Shown: positions 38,454 through 48,610 of the stretch, piece after piece
Position numbering within the stretch: the stretch's first letter is position 1
Layout: every line of letters starts with the position of its first letter
DNA from: Oscillospiraceae bacterium
GTDB lineage: Bacteria; Bacillota; Clostridia; UMGS1883; UMGS1540
Direction of reading: 5' to 3'
DNA: 64,000 bases
NCBI GenBank assembly: GCA_015068765.1
Contig: SVJY01000004.1
Span: 8,888 to 72,887, forward strand
Program-made: the position numbers and the translations under genes
The notes under the pieces: generated by a model
The model's input: the letters and a program-made list of their open reading frames with translations, nothing else
What the model was told of the DNA's origin: nothing
Database searches by the model: none

Positions 38454-40046
38454 TTATAAAGTTTCTACTGCTTTCTCCGTCGTTTCGTAATAGTTTGCCG
38501 CACCGATTTCTGCATAAAGACCTGCTTTTTGCAGCATCTTCAAGGGCTGGTCCTGTACGCCTGCCAGAATAAGGGGAATATTTTTCTTCTGCAAGGCCTT
38601 ATAGACTGCCTTCAGCTGATGCATACCGGTGGCATCGATTGCCGTAACACTTTCCATGGATACAATCACAGTCTCCACTTTTTCCGTTTGTCCGAGTATC
38701 GCAATTTTTTCTGCCGCACCGAAGAACAGCGGTCCGCTTAGCCTGTATACTGCCACCGTCGCCGGTACGTTTACATCCTCCCGGCGGACAACCTTCGTTT
38801 CGTCTGCCATTCGCTTCATGAAAAGTATGACCGTCAGCAAAAAGCCGACAATAATGGCAACGACCAGGTCAAAAATGACTGTCAGGGCAAACGTGAGCAC
38901 CAAAACGAAAATATCACTCTTGGGGCTTTCCTTGCAGATCCCCACAAAGGCACGCCATTCGCTCATGTTATAGGCAACCATAAAGAGGATTGCGGCAATG
39001 ACGGGCATGGGAATCAAGGAAGCATAGGGCATAAGAAGCACAAGCACTAAAAGGAGAACGATTGCGTGCACCATACCGGAAACGGGGCTTCTGCCACCGT
39101 TTTTCACATTCGCCGCCGTTCGGGCAATGGCACCCGTGGCAGGAATACCGCCGAAAATAGCCGAGCAAATGTTACCGGCACCTTGGGCCACCAGTTCCAT
39201 ATTGGAATTATGCTTGTCGCCAATCATACCGTCGGCAACTACGCAGGAAAGCAGGGATTCCACCGCCGCTAAAACAGCAATGGTAACTGCATCCGGCAAT
39301 ACTGTCATCAGTGTGCTCAAAGAAAATCCGGGCAAAGACGGTTTGGGTAGTGCAGAGGAAACCGTATATAAATCGCCGATGGTATTGACATTCAGCTGAC
39401 AAAGCTCCACCAAAAATGCACAGACCAAAATGGCAATCAAAGACGGCGGCACACGTTTAAAACCGGGAATTTTCGGCACAATAATCAAAATAGCAAGCGC
39501 CAGAAGACCGACGAGAAGTGCCGTGGGATTCATCGTCCCGATGCTCGCCCCGATCGCCTCTATCTTTTCCACAGTCTCTACCGGTGCATGGGTAAAGGTC
39601 AGCCCCAGAAAATCCTTCACCTGCCCGATAGCAATGGTAACGGCGATACCGGCAGTAAAGCCTACCGTTATGGTACGGGGGATAAAGCGAATCAGGCTTC
39701 CCAGACGCAGAAGACCCATAATCACCAGCAAAATACCTGCCATCACGGTGGCAAGAACAAGCCCTTCAAAGCCATTTGTTGCCACAACCCCTGCTACAAT
39801 GGTGGCAAACGCCGCCGTAGGTCCTGCGATCTGTACCCGGCTACCACCGAGGAGGGAAATGACGAAGCCGGCAAAAATGGCGGTGTAAAGTCCCTGCTCC
39901 GGCCCCACGCCGCTGGCAAGTGCCAAAGCGATAGACAGCGGCAAGGCAATGATTGCCACAATAACACCGGCAACGATATCCCTGGCAAGCTGTCCGCCCG
40001 AATAGTCTTTCAGACATGCAATCAGCTTCGGTTGTAGTTTTTCCAT
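38454..40046 (-). CDS. SulP family inorganic anion transporter with C-terminal STAS domain
   Basis: SulP TM core (IVAGVIVAIIALPLSIALALASGV) and C-terminal STAS. Confidence 0.9.
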   Translation of the reverse strand: MEKLQPKLIACLKDYSGGQLARDIVAGVIVAIIALPLSIALALASGVGPEQGLYTAIFAGFVISLLGGSRVQIAGPTAAFATIVAGVVATNGFEGLVLATVMAGILLVIMGLLRLGSLIRFIPRTITVGFTAGIAVTIAIGQVKDFLGLTFTHAPVETVEKIEAIGASIGTMNPTALLVGLLALAILIIVPKIPGFKRVPPSLIAILVCAFLVELCQLNVNTIGDLYTVSSALPKPSLPGFSLSTLMTVLPDAVTIAVLAAVESLLSCVVADGMIGDKHNSNMELVAQGAGNICSAIFGGIPATGAIARTAANVKNGGRSPVSGMVHAIVLLLVLVLLMPYASLIPMPVIAAILFMVAYNMSEWRAFVGICKESPKSDIFVLVLTFALTVIFDLVVAIIVGFLLTVILFMKRMADETKVVRREDVNVPATVAVYRLSGPLFFGAAEKIAILGQTEKVETVIVSMESVTAIDATGMHQLKAVYKALQKKNIPLILAGVQDQPLKMLQKAGLYAEIGAANYYETTEKAVETL

Positions 40047-40086
40047 GTAAACCCCTTCTTTTTCTTATGTATTTTTTCGCATCTTA

Positions 40087-40130
40087 AAAACGCACCGATT
40101 CAGTATACACCAAATCCGTGCGTTTTGCAA
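40087..40130 (-). promoter_or_regulatory. SulP promoter with an inverted-repeat candidate operator flanking the -10
   Basis: Minus strand TTGCAA, 17 nt spacer, TATACT. Arms AAACGCACGGATT / GAATCGGTGCGTTT (13/14 complementary) bracket the -10. Confidence 0.5.
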
Positions 40131-40152
40131 GCAAATTTTTTAAAAATATTTT

Positions 40153-42228
40153 TTATGAAGTGGGAGAAAGCAGTGTTTGCCAAAGGAAAACCTTTCCGTC
40201 CGTATACTTCTCAGAAGCATCTATCGGGGCACTGACAGAAACTGCTTCGCTTTTGTCAGCCGGAACCTCTACCGTTTCAAAGGACCAGCCCGTCAATTTA
40301 CCGGTTTCATCGTAGAGAGCAATCAGCACCAGAGCAGAAGACCCGGTATACGTTTCTTCAAACTGCACTTCTGCCGCAAAGCTTTCCTTATAGACCACAG
40401 CATCAGAGACGCTGCAATCTTTTCCTGCACGCTGCATAACAGCAGATCGAATCACGTTAACCTCACCGTTTTCATCACACATACATTCTACTTGTGTAAG
40501 CTGCCGGATTTGTGCTTCGATCTCTTCAACGTTATCGGATTGAATTCTGAAAGAATTGCCATTGAGAAGAATTCGGCTTGCACAACGGAAAACAAGGTCT
40601 CCCTCCTTTGGATTGGTAATCCGAAACTCAATACCTTCACCGCTAATGTTGGAAACAATAACGGCTGCATCCATATATCCGCTGTAAACGGGGACGGCAT
40701 TTGTGCTGTACGTGAAGGTATAAGGAAGACTGATGCGATTACCGCCGTTATCCTCTAACCACCAAGAAACACTGTAGTCCTTGTTCTGATTTGGCAGATC
40801 TCTAAACCCCATAAAACCATACGTACCATCTATGTTTTCCTCTGTTTCCTTCAAAAGGCGGCCCGCCGCATCGTATAACCGGGCTTGGATGGTTTCTGCA
40901 GCTGCAGTGATTTCAAAATCCGCACCTAAAAACAACAGAAAATTATCCTGTGCCGACTGATACATATTTACGCGAGCAATCGTTACTAAGCCATTTTTTG
41001 CGGTCATATCCGTAATGTTAACGGCATAAGAATACACATCGAGTTCATAGGTGTGATTTTCGTCCAGGTACGGAATGTACTCTCCGCATTCATAAAAAAT
41101 CGGCAGTGTACTGTCTATATCGGAAAACCGTCCCGAAGCAGGATCATATTCCCCACCGGAAACTCTTGTGGGGGTTGTTTCATAATAAATCCCCTGCAGG
41201 CAATCATCCGAAACTGCCGCTTTAACGAATTTCCCGATCAGTGAGGTCCACTCAGCTTCGTTTTCCCATGGTGCACATACATTGTTGTTGATAGAAATAG
41301 CATCCGTGATTTTATAGTTGGATTCGGTTCGGTTGCTGTCACGAATCAGCAATTCAAGATGCGTACCGTTTATATCCGTAACAGGTGCCGCATTTACAAT
41401 ATAACCGTGTAAAATAGGGACCTCCGTGATTCGGTGTGTATAAGTATACACGGGCGTGAGTGGCGTGCCGTCCGCCTTTTCCAGTTGGAAAGAAACGGTG
41501 TACAGTTTCGTTTGATTCGGTAAATTCCGGAAGCCGATCATACCGTACCCGTCGGAACCCACTTCTTCAAATCCCTGTGAAAACCCGCCATCTGCTGAAA
41601 GTCTTCCTTTACAGACCGCCGTTCCTGCTGTCGTTTCAAAATCCACCCAAAGGGTGTGTAAAAAATCACTCTGCAAACGTTCGGAACCATAAATATGCAT
41701 GACCGTTTTCATGCCGTTTTTAGCACGCATCTCCGTTATGTTGACCATGTCGGAATACACTTCAATATCATAAACGTGATTCCCGTCCAGATAAGGAATA
41801 TATTCTCCGTTAGTTTCAAAAATGGGTAAGGCTTTATCCACGCCGGCAAAACGGCCTGTTGCAGGATTGTATTCTGCATTTTGAATTGTTTCTATGTACT
41901 CTGAACGTGTGATGGCAATAATCTGAGACGCATTGACTCGCACTTCTGCAAAATTCTCTCGGATATCTGCGGCAAGTTGTTCACAGTCCCCGTCAGTAGA
42001 TAAACTGAAGCTAGTGCCGTCAAAATTGACACGCCGTTTGATTGTATAAGTATGTCTCATACTGTCCGGTGTCAGAACCAGGACTTCCACCCCACATCCA
42101 TCAAGAGATTGAACGGCGTCTGCATCCGAAATATATCCTTGCACAGATTCCTCATTCGCACTGCAATGTAGCACGGGAAACAGGGTGAAGCATAGAAGAA
42201 TGCAAAGAAAACGAGTGATTCTTTTCAT
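40153..42228 (-). CDS. Secreted hypothetical protein, 691 aa, with an internal ~200-aa tandem duplication
   Basis: Signal peptide. Two homologous units (YNPATGRFAGVDKALPIFETNGEYIPYLDGNHVYDIEVYS... and YDPASGRFSDIDSTLPIFYECGEYIPYLDENHTYELDVYS...). GC about 45%, lower than flanks. Confidence 0.6.
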   Translation of the reverse strand: MKRITRFLCILLCFTLFPVLHCSANEESVQGYISDADAVQSLDGCGVEVLVLTPDSMRHTYTIKRRVNFDGTSFSLSTDGDCEQLAADIRENFAEVRVNASQIIAITRSEYIETIQNAEYNPATGRFAGVDKALPIFETNGEYIPYLDGNHVYDIEVYSDMVNITEMRAKNGMKTVMHIYGSERLQSDFLHTLWVDFETTAGTAVCKGRLSADGGFSQGFEEVGSDGYGMIGFRNLPNQTKLYTVSFQLEKADGTPLTPVYTYTHRITEVPILHGYIVNAAPVTDINGTHLELLIRDSNRTESNYKITDAISINNNVCAPWENEAEWTSLIGKFVKAAVSDDCLQGIYYETTPTRVSGGEYDPASGRFSDIDSTLPIFYECGEYIPYLDENHTYELDVYSYAVNITDMTAKNGLVTIARVNMYQSAQDNFLLFLGADFEITAAAETIQARLYDAAGRLLKETEENIDGTYGFMGFRDLPNQNKDYSVSWWLEDNGGNRISLPYTFTYSTNAVPVYSGYMDAAVIVSNISGEGIEFRITNPKEGDLVFRCASRILLNGNSFRIQSDNVEEIEAQIRQLTQVECMCDENGEVNVIRSAVMQRAGKDCSVSDAVVYKESFAAEVQFEETYTGSSALVLIALYDETGKLTGWSFETVEVPADKSEAVSVSAPIDASEKYTDGKVFLWQTLLSPTS

Positions 42229-42260
42229 GTTTTTTATCCTTTCATATACCGAAAATTACC

Positions 42261-42839
42261 TTATTTTTTCCTGATATTCAGAAGCCGTACGATTACAGGC
42301 GTCAGAATAATATTTGTGACAATTTCAATGATAAAGTTAATGCCCACCAGCCCGAAAATCATATATCCTGCCACATTGCCGCCAAAGCCAAAGCCTTCCG
42401 CCCAGCCTGTGATGGTACCCATGAAAAACACAAGACAGCCGAGCAAAAATACGCCGGTATTCACCACCGGACATACCACAGCCGATGCGGCCACAGCGGA
42501 AAAACGGCTTCGCTTTTCTATAAGAGCGTATAAAAGCCCTGCCACATAACCGCAGGCAATGCCTTTTAGGAGAACCGTTATAACTGTGCCTAAGGGGTTG
42601 ACTGCCAGAAACGCCGCCGCGTCACCGGTGAGAAGGACAGAGAGGCCGAAGACAAAGCCAAGCCAGGCACTCAGTGCCGGGCCACAGGTGGCGGCACCGA
42701 TAGCAATAGGCACCAATGCAAAGGTGAAGCGGAACATCCCGGCTTTGCCCAAAGAAGCAGTGATAACCTCCAGAATGATGACCAGTGCCGTCAGCACAGC
42801 ACCCAGCACCATCGTTTTTGTGTCCATTTTTTTGTTCAT
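42261..42839 (-). CDS. ECF transporter S-component (PanT-like; pantothenate inferred from coaX linkage)
   Basis: ~190-aa polytopic S-component fold. Start at MNKKMDTK with AGGAGG RBS. Immediately downstream of type III pantothenate kinase. Confidence 0.65.
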   Translation of the reverse strand: MNKKMDTKTMVLGAVLTALVIILEVITASLGKAGMFRFTFALVPIAIGAATCGPALSAWLGFVFGLSVLLTGDAAAFLAVNPLGTVITVLLKGIACGYVAGLLYALIEKRSRFSAVAASAVVCPVVNTGVFLLGCLVFFMGTITGWAEGFGFGGNVAGYMIFGLVGINFIIEIVTNIILTPVIVRLLNIRKK

Positions 42840-42944
42840 AAAAAATTCCTCCTTGCTGTCGTTCGCTTCGGAAAAGAGATGGACGCTCCTCCCCGATTTA
42901 CGATACAACGCATTTTGATATATAATATCCCCAAAAGGGTATTA

Positions 42945-43709
42945 TCACGTATTCTTTTTATAGAGAATATGTAATCCCTTCAAAACCAGATTTTCGTCCA
43001 GTGTAATCATATGCTTACAAAAGGGAATAATTGTGTTAGCAAGACCGCCGGTAGCAAATACAGGAAGCACTTCCCCCGTTTCCTCGCAGAATCGGTCAAT
43101 CATGCCGTCAATCAGGCTCGCATTGCCGTATACTACGCCCGACCGCATACAATCCACCGTGTTTTTCCCGATGACGGACCGGGGTGCTTCCAGACTAATC
43201 TGGGGAAGCTGTGCGGTGCCGCCAGAAAGGGCACGAAGCCCGATATTTACGCCCGGAATAATGGAAGCACCGCAAAATGTTCCGGTTTGGTCCACAAGCA
43301 TAATTTTCGTCGCTGTTCCCATGTCAATCACCAGAGAAGGACTACCGTAGAGGTGGTGTGCCGCCACACAGGCACAGATTAGGTCTGCGCCCACGGAACT
43401 GGGATTGTCACAGTGAATATTGATGCCGGTTTTGATCCCCGGCCCCACTGTAATCGGTGAAATACCGTACACAATCTGCACCGCTTTTTTCATAATCGCT
43501 GTCAGCGGCGGTACGACTGAGGCAATAATAGCACCCTTGATTTCCTTTTTTTCCACTTCATGGATGGACAGTACACTACGGATAACAGCGGCGTATTCGT
43601 CCTCGGTTCTTTTGGTATCCGTGGCAATCCGTGCCACGAAAGCAATGTTGTCCTCCGAAAAGCCGCCAAGCACAATATTGGTGTTTCCGATATCAATCGT
43701 TAGAATCAT
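42945..43709 (-). CDS. coaX: Type III pantothenate kinase
   Basis: MILTIDIGNTNIVLG N-terminus, ASKHA fold. Start at internal ATG 43709. Confidence 0.88.
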   Translation of the reverse strand: MILTIDIGNTNIVLGGFSEDNIAFVARIATDTKRTEDEYAAVIRSVLSIHEVEKKEIKGAIIASVVPPLTAIMKKAVQIVYGISPITVGPGIKTGINIHCDNPSSVGADLICACVAAHHLYGSPSLVIDMGTATKIMLVDQTGTFCGASIIPGVNIGLRALSGGTAQLPQISLEAPRSVIGKNTVDCMRSGVVYGNASLIDGMIDRFCEETGEVLPVFATGGLANTIIPFCKHMITLDENLVLKGLHILYKKNT

Positions 43710-43725
43710 ATTCCCCATCCCCCAA

Positions 43726-44841
43726 TTATTCGATAAAATCACTCCAGGCAGTGGCCGAAGCATTGCCGTTTTTGATATCCGCCACAAAGGTGACTGCACC
43801 CGTATCGAACACCGTTTCGATCCCGGCAGGGAACAATGCCCGCCCGCTTCGCACAAGCTGTACGCTCCCGGCGGTGCTCCGAAGGCTCACATCAATCAAA
43901 TCCGGGTCAAAGGGGGCATCGGTTTCGCCAAACGCATACAGAAGACTTGTCCAATCCGCCGTATTTGCACCTGCCGCCATGCGAAGGGGCACAGATGCCG
44001 CACCGGCACGGGCCAGCACTGCGGCCACTTGTTTATCTGCGGCATTTTGTACGGTAACCTCTAAAAGCCGCTTGCCGGACGCCGCCCGTTTCGCCAAAAA
44101 CGCCGTCACATGCCGAAGTGCCGCACAGAAGGCGGAATATGCACCATCCTCATCCGTAATCCGTTTATTCCCTGCTACGCCGGAGGCAAGACACAGCACA
44201 CAGTCCCCGGCACGTGCCCCGTCAGGCATTGCCATAAAGAAGGTTTCCTCCGCATCTGCCCGTAAGGCTCTGTCCAGCATTTCTTTTGAAATAGCTAGGT
44301 CCGTTGTGAGAAGGATAAGGGGTTTGCCACAGCGGCAGATACCGCCAAGGCGGACCTTTTTGTCTCCCACATCAAATTCTACGGCAATTTCCGCACCCTC
44401 GCCATGGGCCGAAAGTGCCTGCATAGCGGCATAAGAACCACTTTCCTCTCCGGAAAGCTCCTGGGCAAGATTTTTTGCCGCCTCTCCACTCTCTTCCATT
44501 GAAAAGAGGACGCCGGCTTCCCCGGTGGCGGCAAGAAGCACCTTTTCCGAGGGTACACCTACGGCGGCGGCAACCGTCTCTGCCATTTGCACTGCAAGGG
44601 CATAGCCCTCCTCGCCTACGGCGGTACCGGCAATACTGCCCGACAGAAAAACTGCCTGTGCCGTATCATATTGTTCTGTCAGAAAGGAAGACCATTTTTC
44701 CGGTGCAGAAACAATACGGTTTCTGCCATACACACCACTGCACACTGCCGGCAGACCGCAGGTCACAAGTGCATACGCCCCATATCCGCCTGCACGGAAG
44801 CCACGTGCCGCTGTGATTCCACCGCTGATTTGCAACAGCAT
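43726..44841 (-). CDS. ArgJ-family (ornithine acetyltransferase-like) protein lacking the canonical ATML autoprocessing motif
   Basis: N-terminal GGITAARGFRAGG and TTD motifs align with ArgJ, but the ATML site reads KPLILL. Start at MLLQISGG with AGGAGG RBS. Confidence 0.6.
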   Translation of the reverse strand: MLLQISGGITAARGFRAGGYGAYALVTCGLPAVCSGVYGRNRIVSAPEKWSSFLTEQYDTAQAVFLSGSIAGTAVGEEGYALAVQMAETVAAAVGVPSEKVLLAATGEAGVLFSMEESGEAAKNLAQELSGEESGSYAAMQALSAHGEGAEIAVEFDVGDKKVRLGGICRCGKPLILLTTDLAISKEMLDRALRADAEETFFMAMPDGARAGDCVLCLASGVAGNKRITDEDGAYSAFCAALRHVTAFLAKRAASGKRLLEVTVQNAADKQVAAVLARAGAASVPLRMAAGANTADWTSLLYAFGETDAPFDPDLIDVSLRSTAGSVQLVRSGRALFPAGIETVFDTGAVTFVADIKNGNASATAWSDFIE

Positions 44842-44904
44842 ACCGGGTTCCTCCTTTCTTTCTGTTTCTTTTATGTATAATAGTATACCACAAAAGGGTA
44901 AAAT

Positions 44905-46635
44905 ATGCAAGAGAAAGGATTGATAAATATGGCGAACCGATTATCGGGCAGTAAAAGCCCTTATCTTCTACAGCACAAAGCCGACCCTGTGGACTGGTAT
45001 CCGTGGGGTGCGGAGGCCTTTGAAAAGGCAGAAGCGGAAGACAAGCCGGTGCTTCTCTCCATTGGATACAGTGCCTGCCACTGGTGCCACGCCATGGCCG
45101 AGGAAAGCTTTTCCGATCCTACCACAGCGGAAATCATCAACAAGCATTTTGTGCCCGTGAAGGTGGACAGAGAAGAAAGGCCGGACGTGGATGCGGTATA
45201 CATGAATGTATGCCGTGCCATGACCGGGGACGGCGGCTGGCCATTACACCTTCTGCTCACGCCGGGGCGAAAGCCCTTTTTTGCCGGCACCTACTACCCC
45301 AGAGAGGATCAGGGCGGACACATGGGCTTTCAAACCCTACTGAAAAGTGCCGCCGATGCCTGGTCCAGCCGACGGCAGGCGGTGGTGGATACGGCAGGGA
45401 AGATTGCGGATGTTTTAAACCGGGAAGAAGACGGAATGTATACCGAAACTATATCCCCCGAAGCCACGGATGACGCCGCCGCCGATCTTGCCGCCGCCTT
45501 CGACAAGGAATACGGCGGCTTCGGTGCGGCACCCAAATTCCCCATGCCCCAGATTCCCATGTTCCTCCTCGCCTATGGACGGAAATATGCCAATGCGGAG
45601 AGCCGGAAAATGGCGGAGAAAACCTTGCAGAAAATCCATGATGGCGGTCTATGCGACCATGTGGGTGGCGGCTACTTCCGCTATGCCACCGACCGAGAAT
45701 GGCGAAAGCCACATTATGAAAAGATGCTGTATGACAATGCACTTCTCGCCATTTCGTTCCTGGAGGCCGGCGGCAGCTTCACCGCCTATGCCGAGGATGC
45801 CCTCGCCTTTATGGAGACTGTTTTGAAAAGTGACGCCGGCGGCTTTTACAGTGCAGTCAGTGCAGAAAGTATGGAAGGGGAAGGGGCATACTATCTCTGG
45901 GACGCGGCAGAGGTTCGGGACGTACTGGGGAAGGATGCCAAGGATTTTTGCCGTACCTTCCACATTACCGAGCGTTCTCTCCCTTATGTTGAACGAGAAA
46001 GTACGGCAGATTATGCGAATCAACTCGCCGCTCTTCTCCGCAAGCGGCAAAGCCGCCCCCGGCCAGACATCGACCGAAAAATTCTCACCGGCTGGAACAG
46101 TCTGGCGGCGGTAGCATTTGCCCGGGCAGGTGCACTTTTGGGAAATAATGCCTATACGCAGACGGCAGAGGATATTCTCCGGTTTATTGATAGCACACTC
46201 CGTACGGAGGACGGGCGGCTTCTTGCCCGGTATTACGGCGGCGAGGCCGGCATCTACGCTTTTTTGGAGGACTATGCCTATCTTCTCTGGGCACAGCTGA
46301 CCTTATGGGAAACCACAAATCACGTGGCGTATCTGACCCATGCTAAGGAAACGTGGGGCGATATTGTGCGGCTGTTCTGGGATGAGCGGGGCGGTGCCAC
46401 CTTCAGCGCACGAGATGCGGAGGAAATGATTGTTCGGCTTATGGAGGGCGATGACGGTGCCACCCCGCCGGCAAACGGCGTGCTTGCCCTTTGCCTTTAT
46501 AAGCTATTCACCGCCACCGGCGACGTGCAGTATAAAACGGACATGGAAAAAATCTTTTTTGCCTTTGGCGGACAGGTGAATACCCATCCCTCTGCCTTCT
46601 GTTTTATGCTCTACGCAAAGCTTGCAACTGAATGA
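44905..46635 (+). CDS. yyaL: Thioredoxin-domain protein YyaL (DUF255 + six-hairpin glycosidase-like domain)
   Basis: [22 protein letters not shown]...[13 protein letters not shown] thioredoxin-like CxxC region. 576 aa. Confidence 0.88.
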   Translation: MQEKGLINMANRLSGSKSPYLLQHKADPVDWYPWGAEAFEKAEAEDKPVLLSIGYSACHWCHAMAEESFSDPTTAEIINKHFVPVKVDREERPDVDAVYMNVCRAMTGDGGWPLHLLLTPGRKPFFAGTYYPREDQGGHMGFQTLLKSAADAWSSRRQAVVDTAGKIADVLNREEDGMYTETISPEATDDAAADLAAAFDKEYGGFGAAPKFPMPQIPMFLLAYGRKYANAESRKMAEKTLQKIHDGGLCDHVGGGYFRYATDREWRKPHYEKMLYDNALLAISFLEAGGSFTAYAEDALAFMETVLKSDAGGFYSAVSAESMEGEGAYYLWDAAEVRDVLGKDAKDFCRTFHITERSLPYVERESTADYANQLAALLRKRQSRPRPDIDRKILTGWNSLAAVAFARAGALLGNNAYTQTAEDILRFIDSTLRTEDGRLLARYYGGEAGIYAFLEDYAYLLWAQLTLWETTNHVAYLTHAKETWGDIVRLFWDERGGATFSARDAEEMIVRLMEGDDGATPPANGVLALCLYKLFTATGDVQYKTDMEKIFFAFGGQVNTHPSAFCFMLYAKLATE

Positions 46636-46685
46636 CAATGCTTAACCTCTAAGACTTTTTGTGCTGCTTCGGGAGCAAATGAAAG

Positions 46686-46726
46686 GGGCCGTCTTACGAA
46701 GAAAGTAAGACGGCTCTAAATTTTTG
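46686..46726 (+). terminator. Intrinsic terminator after yyaL
   Basis: Hairpin GCCGTCTTAC-gaagaaa-GTAAGACGGC followed by a T-rich tract. Confidence 0.6.
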
Positions 46727-46815
46727 CACACAAAAAGACTGTTTGCACTTTTAAACATTGATTTCTATGAATAAATATGGTATAATATGAAAAAATTCTT
46801 ATGAGGTGTTTGGGA

Positions 46816-47421
46816 ATGGCAAAATTGTGTGAATGTTGTGGTAATAAAAATAATTCTTTTTTAGGAGATCCGCTTTATTTGACTAATGATAAAATTCTTT
46901 GTCATAAATGTGCCCAACTTATAAAAAAGGACGTGAACAACCTTTACTATGCTAAAACAAATGATGAGTATGAAGAATTAAAAAATATCATTGTCGCAAA
47001 ATGCAAAGAATGTTTCAATGATACTATAATGCAGTATATTATAATTATATTGGATAAAATCTATGACAGATTAGATTTTGTAAAAAAAGAGAATCAAGTA
47101 ACTAGTTCTGCAACAACAGTAGGTTCAACTACAAATACAGAAACTGTATCTGCTGACAATGAATCTGAACGTTCTTTTGGAATGTTTGATAATATTGGTG
47201 GTAAAATAAAGGCAATGTCACAAATTATTACCTGGGTAGGTATTATTGTGTCTGTCGTTTTTGGCATCGTTTTGATGTCCATTGATGAAGACATGATTTT
47301 TATAGGTCTAATGGCCATGATTTTTGGTTCTTTGTTTTCTTGGGTTTCTTCTTTTATACTATATGGGTTTGGACAGTTGGTGGAAAACTCTGATATATTA
47401 GTAAAATTATCAAAAAAATAA
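46816..47421 (+). CDS. Hypothetical zinc-ribbon plus 2-TM membrane protein in an AT-rich islet
   Basis: CECCG...CHKC...CKEC N-terminal Cys cluster, S/T-rich linker, C-terminal TM hairpin. About 30% GC. Bracketed by terminators. Start at MAKLCE with GAGGTG RBS. Confidence 0.5.
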   Translation: MAKLCECCGNKNNSFLGDPLYLTNDKILCHKCAQLIKKDVNNLYYAKTNDEYEELKNIIVAKCKECFNDTIMQYIIIILDKIYDRLDFVKKENQVTSSATTVGSTTNTETVSADNESERSFGMFDNIGGKIKAMSQIITWVGIIVSVVFGIVLMSIDEDMIFIGLMAMIFGSLFSWVSSFILYGFGQLVENSDILVKLSKK

Positions 47422-47451
47422 CAACTATTTAAACAAACTTTACATAAAGTG

Positions 47452-47484
47452 AAAAAGCCGCCCTTTCGCGGGCGGCTTTTTTAA
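47452..47484. terminator. Bidirectional intrinsic terminator
   Basis: AAAAAGCCGCCC-tttcgc-GGGCGGCTTTTTT. Serves the convergent + hypothetical gene and the - ABC ATPase gene. Confidence 0.75.
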
Positions 47485-47494
47485 TAAGCTCGAA

Positions 47495-48610
47495 TTAGTT
47501 GATGATTGTCTTTTCGGTTTCAAGATCAAAGAGGTGAATCTTGTTTGCATCGATTGCAACCTGAATGTCCTCACCGATAGCCGCGGTGGAACGGCGGTTA
47601 ACCTTTGCAATAACGGAAGCACCATCAATCAGCAGATACAGATAGGTTTCTGCACCCATCATTTCTGTGTTATCCACGTGTGCCGAAACAACACTGCCTT
47701 CCATAGCAGAGATGTGGGCTTCATCATCATAAATACATTCGGGACGAATACCAACCATAACTTCTTTGCCGAAGTATTCTTCCTTGTCGGCGAGTGCCTT
47801 TGCCTTGCCTTCGGGAAGGGTGATCTGATTGCCGCCGAAAGTCAGCGTTACTGCATTGTCCTTCTTTTCCAGTGTAGCTTTGAAGAAGTTCATCTGCGGG
47901 CTGCCGATAAAGCCGGCAACAAACATATTAACCGGTACATCGTACAGTTCCTGCGGTGTTGCAACCTGCTGTACGAAGCCATCCTTCATAACAACGATAC
48001 GCGTACCCATTGTCATAGCTTCTGTCTGGTCATGGGTTACATAGATAAAGGTTGTCTGCAGCCTTCTGTGCAGCTTGCCGATTTCGGCACGCATCTGTAC
48101 ACGCAGCTTTGCATCCAGGTTGGAGAGCGGTTCGTCCATAAGGAATACCTTCGGTTCACGAACGATCGCACGACCCAGCGCAACTCTCTGACGCTGACCG
48201 CCGGACAGAGCCTTGGGCTTTCTGTCCAGAAGATGCTCGATATCGAGAATACGTGCAGCTTCATGTACACGTCTCTTAATTTCATCCTTGGGCGTCTTAC
48301 GCAGACGGAGAGCAAATGCCATGTTTTCAAAAACTGTCATATGCGGATAGAGTGCATAGTTCTGGAAAACCATTGCAATATCTCTATCCTTCGGTGCAAC
48401 TTCGTTTACCAAAGTATCACCTATGTATACTTCACCTTCCGAAATTTCTTCCAAACCTGCGATCATACGCAGTGTGGTAGATTTACCACAACCGGAAGGA
48501 CCGACAAGAATTAAAAACTCCTTGTCTTCAATTTCCAGATTAACGTCGCTTACAGCTGTAACGCCGCCTGCGTACCGCTTATAAACGCCTTTCAAACTTA
48601 AACTTGCCAT
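47495..48610 (-). CDS. msmX: Sugar ABC transporter ATP-binding protein (MalK/MsmX/UgpC family)
   Basis: Walker A GPSGCGKST, ABC signature LSGGQRQR, C-terminal TOBE/MalK regulatory domain. Encoded without cognate permease genes, typical of shared MsmX-type ATPases. Confidence 0.88.
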   Translation of the reverse strand: MASLSLKGVYKRYAGGVTAVSDVNLEIEDKEFLILVGPSGCGKSTTLRMIAGLEEISEGEVYIGDTLVNEVAPKDRDIAMVFQNYALYPHMTVFENMAFALRLRKTPKDEIKRRVHEAARILDIEHLLDRKPKALSGGQRQRVALGRAIVREPKVFLMDEPLSNLDAKLRVQMRAEIGKLHRRLQTTFIYVTHDQTEAMTMGTRIVVMKDGFVQQVATPQELYDVPVNMFVAGFIGSPQMNFFKATLEKKDNAVTLTFGGNQITLPEGKAKALADKEEYFGKEVMVGIRPECIYDDEAHISAMEGSVVSAHVDNTEMMGAETYLYLLIDGASVIAKVNRRSTAAIGEDIQVAIDANKIHLFDLETEKTIIN

